This document shows positions 12,990-25,850 of a DNA stretch of 64,000 bases, one piece after another. A program made the translations under genes and the position numbers. The notes beneath the pieces were generated by a model. That model did no database searches and had not been told where the DNA came from. It saw only the letters and a program-made list of their open reading frames with translations. This DNA comes from Octopus sinensis (lineage: Eukaryota). How positions within the stretch are numbered: the first letter of the stretch is position 1; each line of letters opens with the position of its first letter. The stretch is taken from positions 44,950,001 to 45,014,000 of the forward strand of contig NC_043007.1 of NCBI RefSeq assembly GCF_006345805.1, read 5' to 3'.

Positions 12990-13560
12990 CAGGTCGATGT
13001 TTGCAGGAAATACACGAGCAAAGAGAAGATTTCAGGAGATACCTATAATGAAGATTGTGACAAATTATATAGTGAAAAGAACTGAGATGTCAAAGAAAGA
13101 ACTAAAAATATATGATACCAAATAAGATATCTCTTTACTATATGGTAGGTTTCAAGTAAAATGAAGATGGCTGGTGAGTGGAATAGGATGTTTGGAAATG
13201 AAGACACAATGTATATTACAACGAGGTTAAATGAAGAGAGTGAGAGATGGAGTGAGAAAGACAGAATAAGAAGAGAGAATAAACAGGAAACACGTGAGCA
13301 GGGAGTAGACCTCAAAAGGTTGTGTTCTGAGGAAGAAGTACCGGAAAATGTGGTTAGTACATAGGCCGTGGCACTCGATGTAACAAAGTTGTTGAGAAGG
13401 AGAGAGACGAAGAGTTGCCAATGTCCAAGTGAGCGGGGTACGACACCAACAAGCTCAGAGCAGCAGAAACCGTTATAGTAGCGACAAATATGTGAGAAAG
13501 GAGAGACAACTCACATGTGGATGAGAGGTTGGAGTTTGAATTAAGCTGCAAGGGATGGAC
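12990..13560 (+). mobile_element. Very old LINE (RTE-like) remnant
   Basis: Purine-rich plus strand with faint motifs SLLYG, GCLEMKTQCIL, KMWLVHR; weak. Confidence 0.3.
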
Positions 13561-13943
13561 TAAGATTTCACAAGACAGAACAATGAGAAAAACTATATAA
13601 AATGTATTTTAGACCAGCATTTAGTCTGGCTGTAGTGATTGTTACTTGGCTTGTTTGCTTCAGAACAACCCTAATTATTCAAACTTGTGATTAAAGGCGT
13701 TCCAGACGCATTATTTTCAAGAACTGCGTAAGCCGAACTGTATTGTTAAACGCTTTTTTTTTACCTTTAAGTTTTAAAGATGGTGGGGATGAGGTATATT
13801 TTGGTTGCTATTTCTAGCCGGTTGAGAGAGCTCATAGAAACTTGATAGTTCTGGGTAGTTTAGAACTATATTGTTTCGTGTCCAGTACTACATCAGTTTT
13901 GTATACTCAGATTATATTACCATTTCCGAAATCTTTAACCCAA

Positions 13944-14036
<93 letters not shown>

Positions 14037-14249
14037 ATGTTAATTATGGCAATTGCTGAAGAAGAGCTTCATTGAATGTTGGCTTCCAATGAACCCATCA
14101 ATGGTTCACAGTATTTCTAATGCTGAGAGTGAGAGATAAGAGAAATTGTGCAAACCGGTGCAAAACAAATTTCACAAGAAACTTCGAAGGCTGCCTGTGT
14201 TTTCGGTTACATTGCCGATATTTTCATATTTCGTCGATGTAAATCAGTG

Positions 14250-14327
<78 letters not shown>

Positions 14328-14817
14328 ACACACAATAAATCATAGCTACTATAAGTCACGCGTGTTTACATACACACATATACACACACATACTCTTTCT
14401 CTCTCTCTGTCTCTCTCTCTCACACACAAATATAGACATCCTCTCAGCCATCTCATCCTTGACCAAGTGACGCAACCAGGATGTGACATTTAGGAGAAGA
14501 GAAAGCAGTACTTGGCAGATATTCTCTACCGTTGACTAGACAAGAATCTTTTTGTGGAATGTGTGACTTACTCAAAGACACATGTTGGGTTCAGGAATTG
14601 AACGTACGACCTTGAGATAGTGAGTCTAACACCCTCATATTTGCCCCTCCCCCCACAAGCATACACACACTCATAATTTGAATTAATGTTTTGCTATTCT
14701 AGTTAAACTTAATGAAACAAACATGAATTAATACCTTAACTCTTAATCTTAACCTTCCAAAAAGTTCCCGAAATTCTTTTTAAATTCCCACACACACACG
14801 CACCACACACACACACA

Positions 14818-14874
<57 letters not shown>

Positions 14875-15073
14875 TCTTGAACTCTGCAAAGTCGGTTCAG
14901 TTAGTATGGATCATTAAAGAATACATTTTCGAGATCTTAGATATATCAGCGTTCAATTGACTGGATATGGTTTTAGAAAAAAAAAACCCCTTTGATCCGA
15001 CCAGCAATATTAATCAAATTGTAATAAGTAGGTATCTGTTATCACTACAAATATCTCAATTCTCTCTACTACA

Positions 15074-15105
<32 letters not shown>

Positions 15106-15305
15106 CAGGATCGAAAGATGCAGTTTTCAATGAAATCTTTTATTACTTGGAATTCCCCGGAAAATTGTTGGAAAGAACTAGGACAGAAAAAGATCACTAA
15201 TCCGAAATATTCTGTAGCATTGGATTCGATCCTGCATTCTGCAACATACGAATCTCAAATCACAATTCAATCATAGTTTGGTCATGAGCGCAATTGAGAT
15301 TTTAT

Positions 15306-15400
15306 CCAATGTTGTTGTTCACGTGATAGTTCGGTAGCCTGTCTGGAACTTTCCGTGAACACAGCCTATAAATACAATCAATAAAGCCGCCGATTTCGCT
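15306..15400 (+). promoter_or_regulatory. Putative Pol II core promoter (CCAAT, E-box, TATA)
   Basis: CCAAT 15306-15310, TCACGTGA 15319-15326, TATAAATA 15367-15374 in canonical order, followed by locally CpG-rich non-repetitive sequence. Motif evidence only. Confidence 0.3.
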
Positions 15401-15537
15401 GTGTCGAGACGCCCGTGACGCTGTGACGTTCTCCCCTCTCATCAGTTTTAGAGTGTTTTGGGTCGAGTTTGAATTACACTTTCCATATAAGTGTTCTTTC
15501 GGCGTCGTATTCGATCGAGGATATTAAAGAAATGACA

Positions 15538-16959
15538 TCTATATATATAAAAGTGAAGTTGTGTGAGTGTCTGTCTCCTACGATTTAGATTCCGAACTAC
15601 TCCCACATTTTGCGGTGCAGTTTAACCAAATTCGGGTATCTTATAGTCGTGATTCATATCGAGCCCGTTGGGTATTAGCGCGCGTCTACGATGAGTCTAC
15701 GATTTAAAAAATAATTTACCATAATTTTTTTCCATTTTAACGCATATTTTTTCGTGTGTCGATGGCGGCGGAGATGGCGTCCATGCTCACACCTGCACCT
15801 GTGTTGCTTTTCACCCTTCTTCCCTCCCTCGTGAAGCTGTGGGGAAGGGAGTGTAAGGAAATCAACGTCGTAAAGCGTTGTCAAGGAGACCAGCGTTCTT
15901 TTAGAACAACGACTTCATGGCTTGAAGTCACCAAAACAGAAATCGCTAAAAAAGCTGAAACAGATCCACAAAAACGGCAATTACCGCCACACAGGGCAGG
16001 TTTCCTGTGCAAACAATTTGCACAACCGAATGTTTTAGTTGTTGCACAAATCTTTATATATAAAAGTGAAGTTGTGTGAGTGTCTGTCTCCTACGATTTA
16101 GATTCCTAACTACTCCCACATTTTGCGGTGCAGTTTAACCAAATTCGGGTATCTTATAGTCGTGATTCATATCGAGCCCGTTGGGTATTAGCGCGCGTCT
16201 ACGATGAGTCTACGATTTAAAAAATAATTTACCATAATTTTTTTCCATTTTAACGCATATTTTTCGTGTGTCGATGGCGGCGGAGATGGCGTCCATGCTC
16301 ACACCTGCACCTGTGTTGCTTCTCACCCTTCTTCCCTCCCTCGTGAAGCTGTGGGGAAGGGAGTGTAAGGAAATCAACGTCGTAAAGCGTTGTCAAGGAG
16401 ACCAGCGTTCTTTTAGAACAACGACTTCATGGCTTGAAGTCGCCAAAACAGAAATCGCTAAAAAAGCTGAAACAGATCCACAAAAACGGCAAAAACCGCC
16501 ACACAGGGCAGGTTTCCTGTGCAAACAATTTGCACAACCGAATGTTTTAGTTGTTGCACAAATCTTTATATATAAAAGTGAAGTTGTGTGTCTGTCTCCT
16601 ACGATTTAGATTCCTAACTACTCCCACATTTTGCGGTGCAGTTTAACCAAAACCGGGTATCTTATAGTCGTGATTCATATCGAACCCTTCTGGGTATTAG
16701 CGCGTGTCTACGATGAGTCTACGATTTAAAAAATAATTTACCATCATTTTTTCCCATTTTAATGCATCTTTTTTGCTATTATATAAGGGAAGTAACTCTC
16801 TAAAAATGTCTACGATGAGTCAACGATTTAAAAAAATTTAATATAATTTTTTTTTCCATTTTTAATGCATTTTTTTGCTATTTTTTGGCTATAACTCTCT
16901 AAAAATGCTTTATAGTTATTTCCCTTACAAATCCGAGCAACGCCGAGCGATACTGCTAG
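15538..16959 (+). mobile_element. Composite non-autonomous Helitron with tandem ~512-bp units
   Basis: A|TCTATATATATAAAA 5' end at 15538; 3' ccgagcaacgccgag hairpin remnant + CTAG|T at 16956-16960; A/T target, no TSD. 5' end repeated at 16051 and 16563. Units 1 and 2 differ at only a handful of positions. Confidence 0.9.
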
Positions 16960-17120
16960 TTGCATCTAAATATTTACTTGATAGGTAAAAACCTACCCGA
17001 GTGTTGAAGTTCGAAGAAACATTTTTTTGCATGTCATATTACGATATTTCATTTTACTGTTTCCCTTAATTGTATTGCATGAATTCCTTTCCTATTAATG
17101 TAACAAATCAATTATGTTCC

Positions 17121-17208
<88 letters not shown>

Positions 17209-17361
17209 TAAAAACAAAAACATTTGTTGCAACAGATTATGTTGAATAACTGCTTCAGAATCCATAGTTACTCCCTTTGTGGTAATCCAAAAAGAAATCT
17301 TGAAGGATTGTTGTAAATGGCAGAACGAATGCTACGGAAAGGCATTACTATCAAAAGTGCT

Positions 17362-17753
17362 GGAGTAGCTGCGTGGTAAGTAGCTTGCTTACCAACCACA
17401 TGGTTCTGCGTTCAGTCTCACTGCGTGGCATCTCGGGCAAGTGTCATCTACTATAGCCCCGAGCCGACCAAAGCCTTGTGAGTGGATTTGGTAGACGGAA
17501 ACTGAAAGAAGCTCGTCGTATATATACATATATATATGTATGTGTGTGTATGTTTGTGTGTCTGTGTTTGTTCCCCCACATTGCTTGACAACCGATGCTG
17601 GTGTGTTTACGTCCCCGTAACTTAGCAGATCGGCAACAGATACCGATAGAATAAGTACTAGGCTTACAAAGAATAAATCCCGGGGTCGATTTGCTCGACT
17701 GAAGGCGGTGCTCCAGCATGGCCGCAGTCAAATGACTGAAACAAGTAAAAGAG
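17362..17753 (+). mobile_element. tRNA-derived SINE, family A
   Basis: tRNA-like head, internal (TA/TG)n, tail ggcggtgctccagcatggccgcagtcaaatgactgaaacaagtaaaagag; homologs at 29192, 29675, 36430. Confidence 0.85.
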
Positions 17754-18401
17754 TGCAACACAGGAAACAAGTTATTGTAGCAAGGGTGCTTGTGAAATGC
17801 GTATAAACAGGTCAAAACTACTATCGCAATACGAGAAATGCTGATTTATACATTTTTGCCTGCGCACGGCTTCTGAATGCTTGATGTCAAGACCCACACA
17901 TAAGCCAGAATTTAAAACTAACATTCAAATATTTTTATAAGAGACAACACATCCGACAAGGTACAACATTTTTAAAGTTTGAAGGCATAGCCATATCGAA
18001 AACTAGTGATTAGTTTATTGGCAACCTTATATTACATAAGAGAAAAACAAAAGGAAATAAAGTGATAAAAACCAAAGAACCTTTTATGTTCTTTTCAGTT
18101 CAGTAAGCACATTCCCATTCTTATTTGCATAAGATTGTAGAGAAAGCTTTATCACTCCACTGACACCATATTGCCTTTGAAGGGAAAACGAACACCACGG
18201 TAAACAGGGCGAAACAAAGAAAGATAATTGGTTCATTGACTCGGGATAATTCTCATACCAGTGTTGTGTATAAATATATAAAACAATTACATAAGTATGC
18301 GTATACATTAGATAAGTATTTATATAAGTGTGTGTGTGTACATAAAAGTATCAATCATTTATTCATATGCATATGTGCGTATGCGTAAATATGTGTGCGT
18401 G

Positions 18402-18433
<32 letters not shown>

Positions 18434-19038
18434 ACAGTTCTACATGCATACACATGAGTGCATATACATCTCGAAAATCGTTTGTGGCATTTACGCAATA
18501 GCGTTAGTAATGTTCAAGATGATAAAAGCAAATTGTAAGAGCTGAAATGACAAGATAAACTATTTAACTGAAAGATGAATAAAGATAAAACTATAATTGA
18601 GCTTCCAAAGTTCTTAGGAAAAAAAACTTGTTTTCTTAAAATCAGTCTTTTAATATCCAATACAGAAATTAATACTGTTAATACTGTGAACTTATGATGC
18701 AAATATCGAAGTGTTAGGTTGTTAAGTTCAATCGTTAAAGTTTTCAAAAGAACTGGCTTCAAAGCTTCTAAATAGATGATGTTATGTGAAATATTCTCTT
18801 GCATTCAAATGAATCTGTTCGAACTTGCAGTAGAGCTTATCAGCAGCAAACACCAAGCACGACTGACAAAAACTGCACGATGAAAGAGTTTCAATTCATT
18901 TTAGAATTAATGAAAATACGTATGGGTACATGAACGTGACTAAGTCCGTGCTTGAAAAACCAGTGAGTGTTTATTTGTATGTCTTTATGTGTATGTGTGT
19001 GTGTGTGTACAGAATACCATTCTTTTAAGAATACATAT

Positions 19039-19113
<75 letters not shown>

Positions 19114-19873
19114 CATCATTGGCAACATTTCTTACTGATGATAAGACCATGAAGATCCTAAAATGTTAATGGATTAATGGATTTCGGAAAGCTATTGTCG
19201 CACACTGAACATAATGGAATAATAAAATCCTTAATATAAAAGATCAAGCTCGAAAATAATGTTGTCTTTAATTAAATTTGTTTCAAAGGAAAATTGTTCC
19301 CTATTTATTGAGGAACACAAAATAAAGCGTTTCAAAGAATGCTAATTAAATTAGTTAAAAGACACCGCAACACATACAGGTAAACATATATGCATAACTA
19401 GGAAACTGAGATTGTCGTTACCTAGGGAACAAGTTTGTCGTTTCCTTAGTAAACGCGTTTGAAGAAGAAAGCAGTTTATACAAAAGGCAGCTTCAATGAA
19501 GAGCCAGCGATGAAACTTATGCGTTATCATTCGGATTCTGAGAAATAAAAAACGCCCTTCAAACTAAAACCTGTTCCCGCCTTAAATGAGAAGGATATTG
19601 AGCGTTAATAGGCATATGTTCCAGTCTTTGTACGTGCACCTGTGTATGTGTGGGAGAGTGACAGTGTTAGAGAGAGAGAGGGATAGAGAGAGAGGGAGGG
19701 ATGGAGATAGAAAGAGAAAGAGAAAAATTGAGCGAACGAGCGAGTGAGAGTGCAGGCAAGTGAGTGAGTGAGCGTGCGATTGTGCTAGAGTCAGTGAGTG
19801 AATAAGCGAACGAATGTGAGCATATGTGTGTTTGTGTGTGTATGTGTAAATGTGTGTTAGTGTGTGTGTGTGT

Positions 19874-19909
<36 letters not shown>

Positions 19910-20204
19910 CGTGCGAGATTAAGTGTATATGTATGAGTGAGTGTATTCACTTACGTTCAAGAGTGTGCGTGTGTGTGTGTGTTGTGTTCTGTGAGTAATA
20001 AATACTGTGTAACCAAAATTAGTTTTTGTTCATGGTCAGTAAGTGTTATTTCCTATTTGCTTTTATCTAGAAACCAAAAGAAATGACTGCTGTTCCTTTC
20101 ACACTTTGCTTCTATCTCCGAGGAATCAATGTTTTAAAACTGACCTATTTCCCATTACATTTCAGACAGATTAAGCGCTGAGTTACTGAAGCAGAAATAT
20201 CGTT

Positions 20205-20355
20205 ATATCAAATATTCTGCTCAATATCACATTTCTGCTTGTCACTTGCTTGACCTTAACCACTTGAGCAAGTCCCTTAGTAGCCGACAATATGTGGATC
20301 TCTGATCATGAGCAAGTAGTATGGGAACATCATAGCCATGTGTTGAGAAGGATTT
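20205..20355 (+). mobile_element. Partial copy of the ~550-bp (TAA)n-associated element
   Basis: aatattctgctcaata..ttgaccttaaccacttgagca..ctctgatcatgagca..catcatagccatgtgttgag matches 43410-43570. Confidence 0.6.
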
Positions 20356-20580
20356 TTAAAAGCAGAATTTGAAGGAAATATTAGCCAGTTTTCGTACTTT
20401 CTATGGGTAAGCAAATAGAAAATAACAGTTGCTACCCAAGGACAACAATCGTGTTACACAGTGTGAATATAACGTATTAGAACAGTGTACTATAGGCTGG
20501 GGGAGGGCGACGGTTGTGCGATGGTTTGGGCTCCACTATTACCGTGGTAGTCCATTGTATTCTGGTATAAGACGGCAGTT

Positions 20581-21358
20581 GGTTAAATTGACCCCAGTTC
20601 TTGATTGAGACAATTTTATTAACCCCGGAGAGATGAAAGGTCATGTTGACCTCAGCAGGATTTGAACTCAGAACGTAAAGATCCAGAACAAATATTGGTT
20701 TGAAATTTTACCTCGAAGCCAGCAGTTTTGGGGGAGAGTGGATAAGTCGATGACAGCGACTTCAGTGTTCAACTGATACTTATTTTATCGATTCCGAAAC
20801 GATGAAAGGCAAAGTGTACCCCTCTGGCATTTGAACTCAGAACGTTCGCGAAGTCGTATCTCTACTAAATTTTATGAAAAGTACATAAAAATAAAAATAA
20901 CATCCGAGAAGGTGACATAGAATCATAGCTATACATCAAATATCGATTTAAAATTTTGGCACAAGGGATAAGTTGATTAATCGACCCCAGTGCTCAACTG
21001 GTATTTATTTTATCGATCCCGAAGGAATGAAAGGCCTGGGTGGAATTTGAACACAGGACATGAAGACGGACGAAATACCTGTGAGCTTTTTGCCCGGCGT
21101 GCTAACGATTCTGCCAGCTCACCGCCTTAGTTACACATCAAATATTGGTTTCAAATTTTGACACAAGGTCAGTAATATTAGGGAAGCAGGGTAAGTCGAT
21201 TATATCGACTTCAGTACTCAACTGGTACTTGTTCTATCGACCCCGAGGGGATGAAAGGCAAAGTAGACCTTGACGAATTTAAACTCAGAACTGAAAGACG
21301 AACGAAATACCTCTGAGCATTTCGCCCGGAATGCTTACGATTCTGCCAGCTCGCCGAC
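20581..21358 (-). mobile_element. Four tandem SINE family B copies
   Basis: Repeated atcgaccccagt..gaaaggcaaagt..tttgaactcagaac cores at ~20581, 20700, 20945, 21150; the last two end in the head ctgccagctcgccg. Confidence 0.8.
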
Positions 21359-21824
21359 TTAGTTATACTTCAAATATTTAACCTCTAGCATCAGTGAACT
21401 CATCCAATCGGTCAAAACAGGCAACCTTCTCCCGTATTAGAGCGATTTAAAGAAAGTTTATTGTACATAATGCAAGCCGAGTGACTGTCCTTTCATAAAG
21501 AGGAATAACTCAAGTAAATACCAACTAATACACATAATTTTGTAAAATTTATTTTATTTTCCCCTTATTCTTTAAGCAACGCTCTTGAGATAACACAGTA
21601 AAAGAAAATATGGTCAAGATATTGTTATCACAATTCATATAAACTTAATCGTTTTACAATTTGAATAACACATTTATACTTTCCTGTGTACCACTAAATT
21701 AAAGGCAATACTAAAATTTATAAAGCAAATTTAATAACTGATTAACGGCGTTAACGTAAGTAGACTTAATACTCTATAACTAAATCAAAGTTACATACCG
21801 TTAGGACGAACATATCAAACGAGT

Positions 21825-22010
21825 TAATGAAAATATTTACTAATCTCTTTATAATTGTTGCTTCACTTGTGGAGACTTGCTCTTAATAGTTTTGAAAATA
21901 CTCACTAATCTCTTATCTGTTGCTTCATTTGCGGAGAAAAGCCATTTTCATACTTTGCTTTGACTTAATGAAAATATTTACTTATCTCTTATTAATTGTT
22001 ATTTCACGTG
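21825..22010. repeat. Three-copy ~65-76 bp minisatellite
   Basis: tgaaaata..actaatctctt..tgttgcttca units at 21828, 21893, 21969. Confidence 0.65.
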
Positions 22011-22841
22011 TGATGATTTATTTTATAGAATTATAAATACCAACTGTCATATGACTTGGAAACTGGAAATATACTTTGGCTACTTTGGATTGTTCGATAA
22101 AAGTTGAATTATTCATATAATTATTTCCTGATTTAACTCTTGGTGGCATGAGTGTATTCATATTATGGAAGCAATTGTAATGATATATTTTTGGGGATAG
22201 GTTGCTGTAAATTCTTAAGCTGGCGAATACCATAGAGATTAATGAAAGAAAAAAACAACAACCTGTTCTGTTAGCGAATAACTTACTTATAAAGCATCAA
22301 TGGAAAATATTCATTATGATAAGCATTCACTATTGCTGATCTACTACAGTTGCAACCGCCTACTCCTTCAAGTCCTGTTTCTGATTGAAGCTGTTCTCTC
22401 GTTGTTAGTGTAGCGTTTCCTTATTCATTGCCAACCACAAAATCTAGTATATGCACTTATCCCGCACTTCTGATGTTAACCCCACCTCACTATCTCTCTC
22501 TTTTACTCTCTCTCCCTCTATACGCTGTAAAGCGTGATCGGAGAAATCAACCAACAGATCAACATTTATATTACTTGTTATTAAACAGAGACATATTCGA
22601 TAGAAATGTTGAAAAAAAAGCAAAAAAAACCCCAAAAAACTGAGAAATGCAGGCGATAAATTAGGCAATATAAATGAAAACAAAGAGAAAAGATTCTGTA
22701 TTATCTTAGATAGCTTGTTTAATGATTCTGTAGCAAGACTAAATTTCATAATTGCATGTTTAGACTTAAATACCCTGAAAAGGGCTCCACGCGTAAGTCT
22801 CTAATGATTGGTTATGTGACCAGTCATGTGGCGTTGAAATA

Positions 22842-24136
22842 CGAGGGACATTCAATAAGTAATGCCCCTGACCCACTTGCAGTTGTTTGATCTAGCTGAA
22901 ATTTTGCATGTGCAATTATTTGTATCTCTATAGATTAAGTGGCAAATTACAGCTCTGAACTAATTGTGATTTCTGATTTGCAGGTGTTTGAACTGAGTCA
23001 GGTGTGAAATGGAGCCTGTTGAGTGTCGAGCAGTGATCCGGTTTTTGTATTTGAAAGGACGTACACCACGGGAGACTTTTGATGAAATGAAAGTAACTTA
23101 TGGTGATGATGCCTTATCATATGACCTTGTAAAACGCTGGCATCGTGAATTTAAACATGGTCGGAACTCTGTGGAAACAGCTCCCAGATCTGGTCGCCCC
23201 TCCCTTCTGCCATTGATGAGGCATCTGTCCGTCAAGTTGAGGCTGCCATTTTGGAAGATCGACGCATAACTATTCGCCAAATAGCCCATGAGATCAAGAT
23301 TAGTACCGAGTCTGTGGAAACTATCATTCATGACCATTTGCATATGCAAAAGGTGTCTGCCAGATGGATTCCCAGGTTGCTCACACCTTTCCAGAAGCAA
23401 GAACGCGTCGAGTGCTCGAGGATGAATTTGGAGATGTGCCAAGAAGATGAGTCAAAATTTTTTAAAAGACTGATTACCCAGGATGAAACCTGGGTCCATC
23501 ACTATGATCCAGAGACCAAAGCCCAGTCAATGCAGTGGAAGCACCGTGACTCACCTCCTCCAAAGAAGGCAAGGGTGCAGCCCTCCGCTGGCAAGGTCAT
23601 GCTCACAGTCTTCTGGGACCAGGACGGAGTAGTGAAGACAGATTTCCTGGCAAAGGGTACCACAATTACAGGAGCCTCCTATGCTTCACTTTTGAGGAAA
23701 TTAAGAGAAGCTATCAAAATCAAGAGGCGGGGCAAGATCAGCAAAGACAACCTCCTCCTGCAGGACAACACTCCGGTCTACAACTCGCGTGTCGCCAGAT
23801 CAGAAGCACAGGCGTGCGGCTATGAACTCCGCCCCTATCCCCCCTACTCTCCTGACCTTGCACCCTCTAATTTTCACCTCTTCCCAGCCATGAAGTTGTT
23901 TTTGAAAGGAAAGCGTTTCCCAGATGATGCAGCCTTGATTCCTGAAGTCACGTCGTGGCTGGAGGGCCAAGCTGGGGTCTTCTACAAAAATGGTCTCCAG
24001 AGCTGCATCAAACGATGGGAGAAATGCATAACTCTGGGTGGTTCCTATGTAGAAAAAAACTAATAATTGTGCCAAGTTTCGTTGCTCTACTGCTATGGGA
24101 AGTGGGTTAGGGGCATTACTTATTGAACGCCCCTCG
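22842..24136 (+). mobile_element. Full-length mariner transposon (1295 bp)
   Basis: TA TSD at 22840-41 and 24137-38; 37-bp TIRs cgaggg(a/g)c(a/g)ttcaataagtaatgcccct(g/a)acccactt with 3 mismatches. Confidence 0.97.
23009..24063 (+). pseudogene. Mariner transposase, DD34D with third D mutated to N, one frameshift near 23203
   Basis: ORFs 23009-23269 (HTH, ..PRSGRPS) and 23251-24063 (WIPRLL, QDETWVHHYDPE, QDNTPVY, YSPDLAPSNFHLF); AAT at 23869-71 where GAT is expected, exactly 34 residues after the second D. Confidence 0.95.
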
Positions 24137-25565
24137 TACTTAGTCGAGTCAGGTATTTGATTTGGTCTAGTTTTACGCGGGATACAGAGTGCGTATGCAA
24201 TCGCATTGCACAATAGGCCACTAAACGCGGCAAATGTTCGTTTGAGCAATTGTTTGTTAATAAATAACACGAAATAATAAATCTGTGAGCGAGATATAAA
24301 CAGTAGCAGCACATCGTGATGTATATTTGCAACGATGATTTCCCTTTGTAAATACTGATAGAGCACAGTGTGTCAATAGCCAGCTGGAGGAGATGTCTTC
24401 CCGGGGCTATAAACTACAGTAGCATCGTCCCTTATGGGTCTGCCACATTTACGTGGCAAATATACTTCACAAATAACATAAAGTTTTTCATTTTAGCAGA
24501 GGGAAGAGTTTGTTTTCAGGAAGCTACGTCACATTATTTTTGTTCCTGTTAAAGCACGTCTAACCAAGTTCGACTGAGTTGAAAAGCTAACTATGAATGA
24601 TTTTCTACAGCCCACATTCATCGTGATGTTTTAATCTGGTTTGCTTTATAATTTTATTTAGCTGAAGAATGAAGTGTCATTGTTAATTGAAAACGCGTTT
24701 GTTTTTGTATTATTTCCCTCGATTAATATGCAACTCATGAGAAGCAAGATTTTGTATTAAGAGGGCTACATACACAACCTTCCAGCTAAAATCTTATATT
24801 TCTAGAAAAAAATTCTCTTTTCAAATACGTGAAAGATTTAAGAGAAAAATGTTGCATATTAGTGTGTTGTTTATAAATATACTCTTCACTCACAATTCTA
24901 TGATGTGTAACCGTTCAAAATATGCTTTTTTTATTTGTTCTAAGTCCATTCTAAGAAGTTAGTTATGAATAAGACCTCCTGTGATGATCAGCGACGGAAC
25001 AGATTAAAATGTAGGATAGATAAACACATAAAAACAAAAGGTGAAGATCAGGTTAAAATAGCTCGAATAATTATTAATGATTCATGTCAGATTGTTAGAC
25101 ATTGAATCCAGCTATTTGAACGGACCGGAAGTGTATAAACGATGAGAGTAAAGAAAAAAATGTTTCAATATAGGCAAAACATTGGTGTCGGGACAAACAA
25201 AGAATACAAAAAACTTCCAACATCAAAGAAACTCTCAATGACAATCCGAAAAATTAAAGAAGTGAACCAGTAACATAAAACTTGTAAGATAATAAATGAG
25301 GTGAGATAGTTTAAAGACACATAATTTAAAAAAAGAAATAAGACACCTGGTGTCGGCGACAGAAATGAACGACCTTGTGTAGGTATAAATATAGCAAATA
25401 TATTTGAAGGTTATATATATATATAATATATATATATATGTGGGAAGTCGGCCGTATGCATGTGTATATTGGCAGGGCTTGACTGTCTCTGACTTCTCAG
25501 ATTTTTTGTATGCTAGACTACTGGTTTTAAATTGATATTAAAATCAATATTAATTTATCTCCCTC

Positions 25566-25646
<81 letters not shown>

Positions 25647-25850
25647 ATTATATTAAATTAGAGATACAACCACTATTAGGCAAATCATACAATGAAAAAC
25701 TTAAGCCAATACATAAGATTAATTAATTTATATTATTTTAAATATATCAAAATTATTAAAAAAAGATAATATATATTTGAAGGTTTTATATATATATATT
25801 TGAAAGTTTTATATATATATATATATATATAATATATATATATATATATA

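Noticed and set aside
15756-16609. Twin 107/113-aa ORFs (MSMAAEM...) as a duplicated gene
   Set aside because: Both lie within the Helitron tandem units, run into the next unit's 5' end and have no recognisable domain.
665-16959. 183-bp and 512-bp direct repeats as CRISPR-like arrays
   Set aside because: Long units without unique spacers, eukaryotic context, no cas-like ORFs.
18514-18804. 96-aa minus ORF with one LxxLxLxxNxL (LRR-like) match
   Set aside because: Single motif in AT-rich DNA, stop immediately upstream, no further repeats or clear splice sites.
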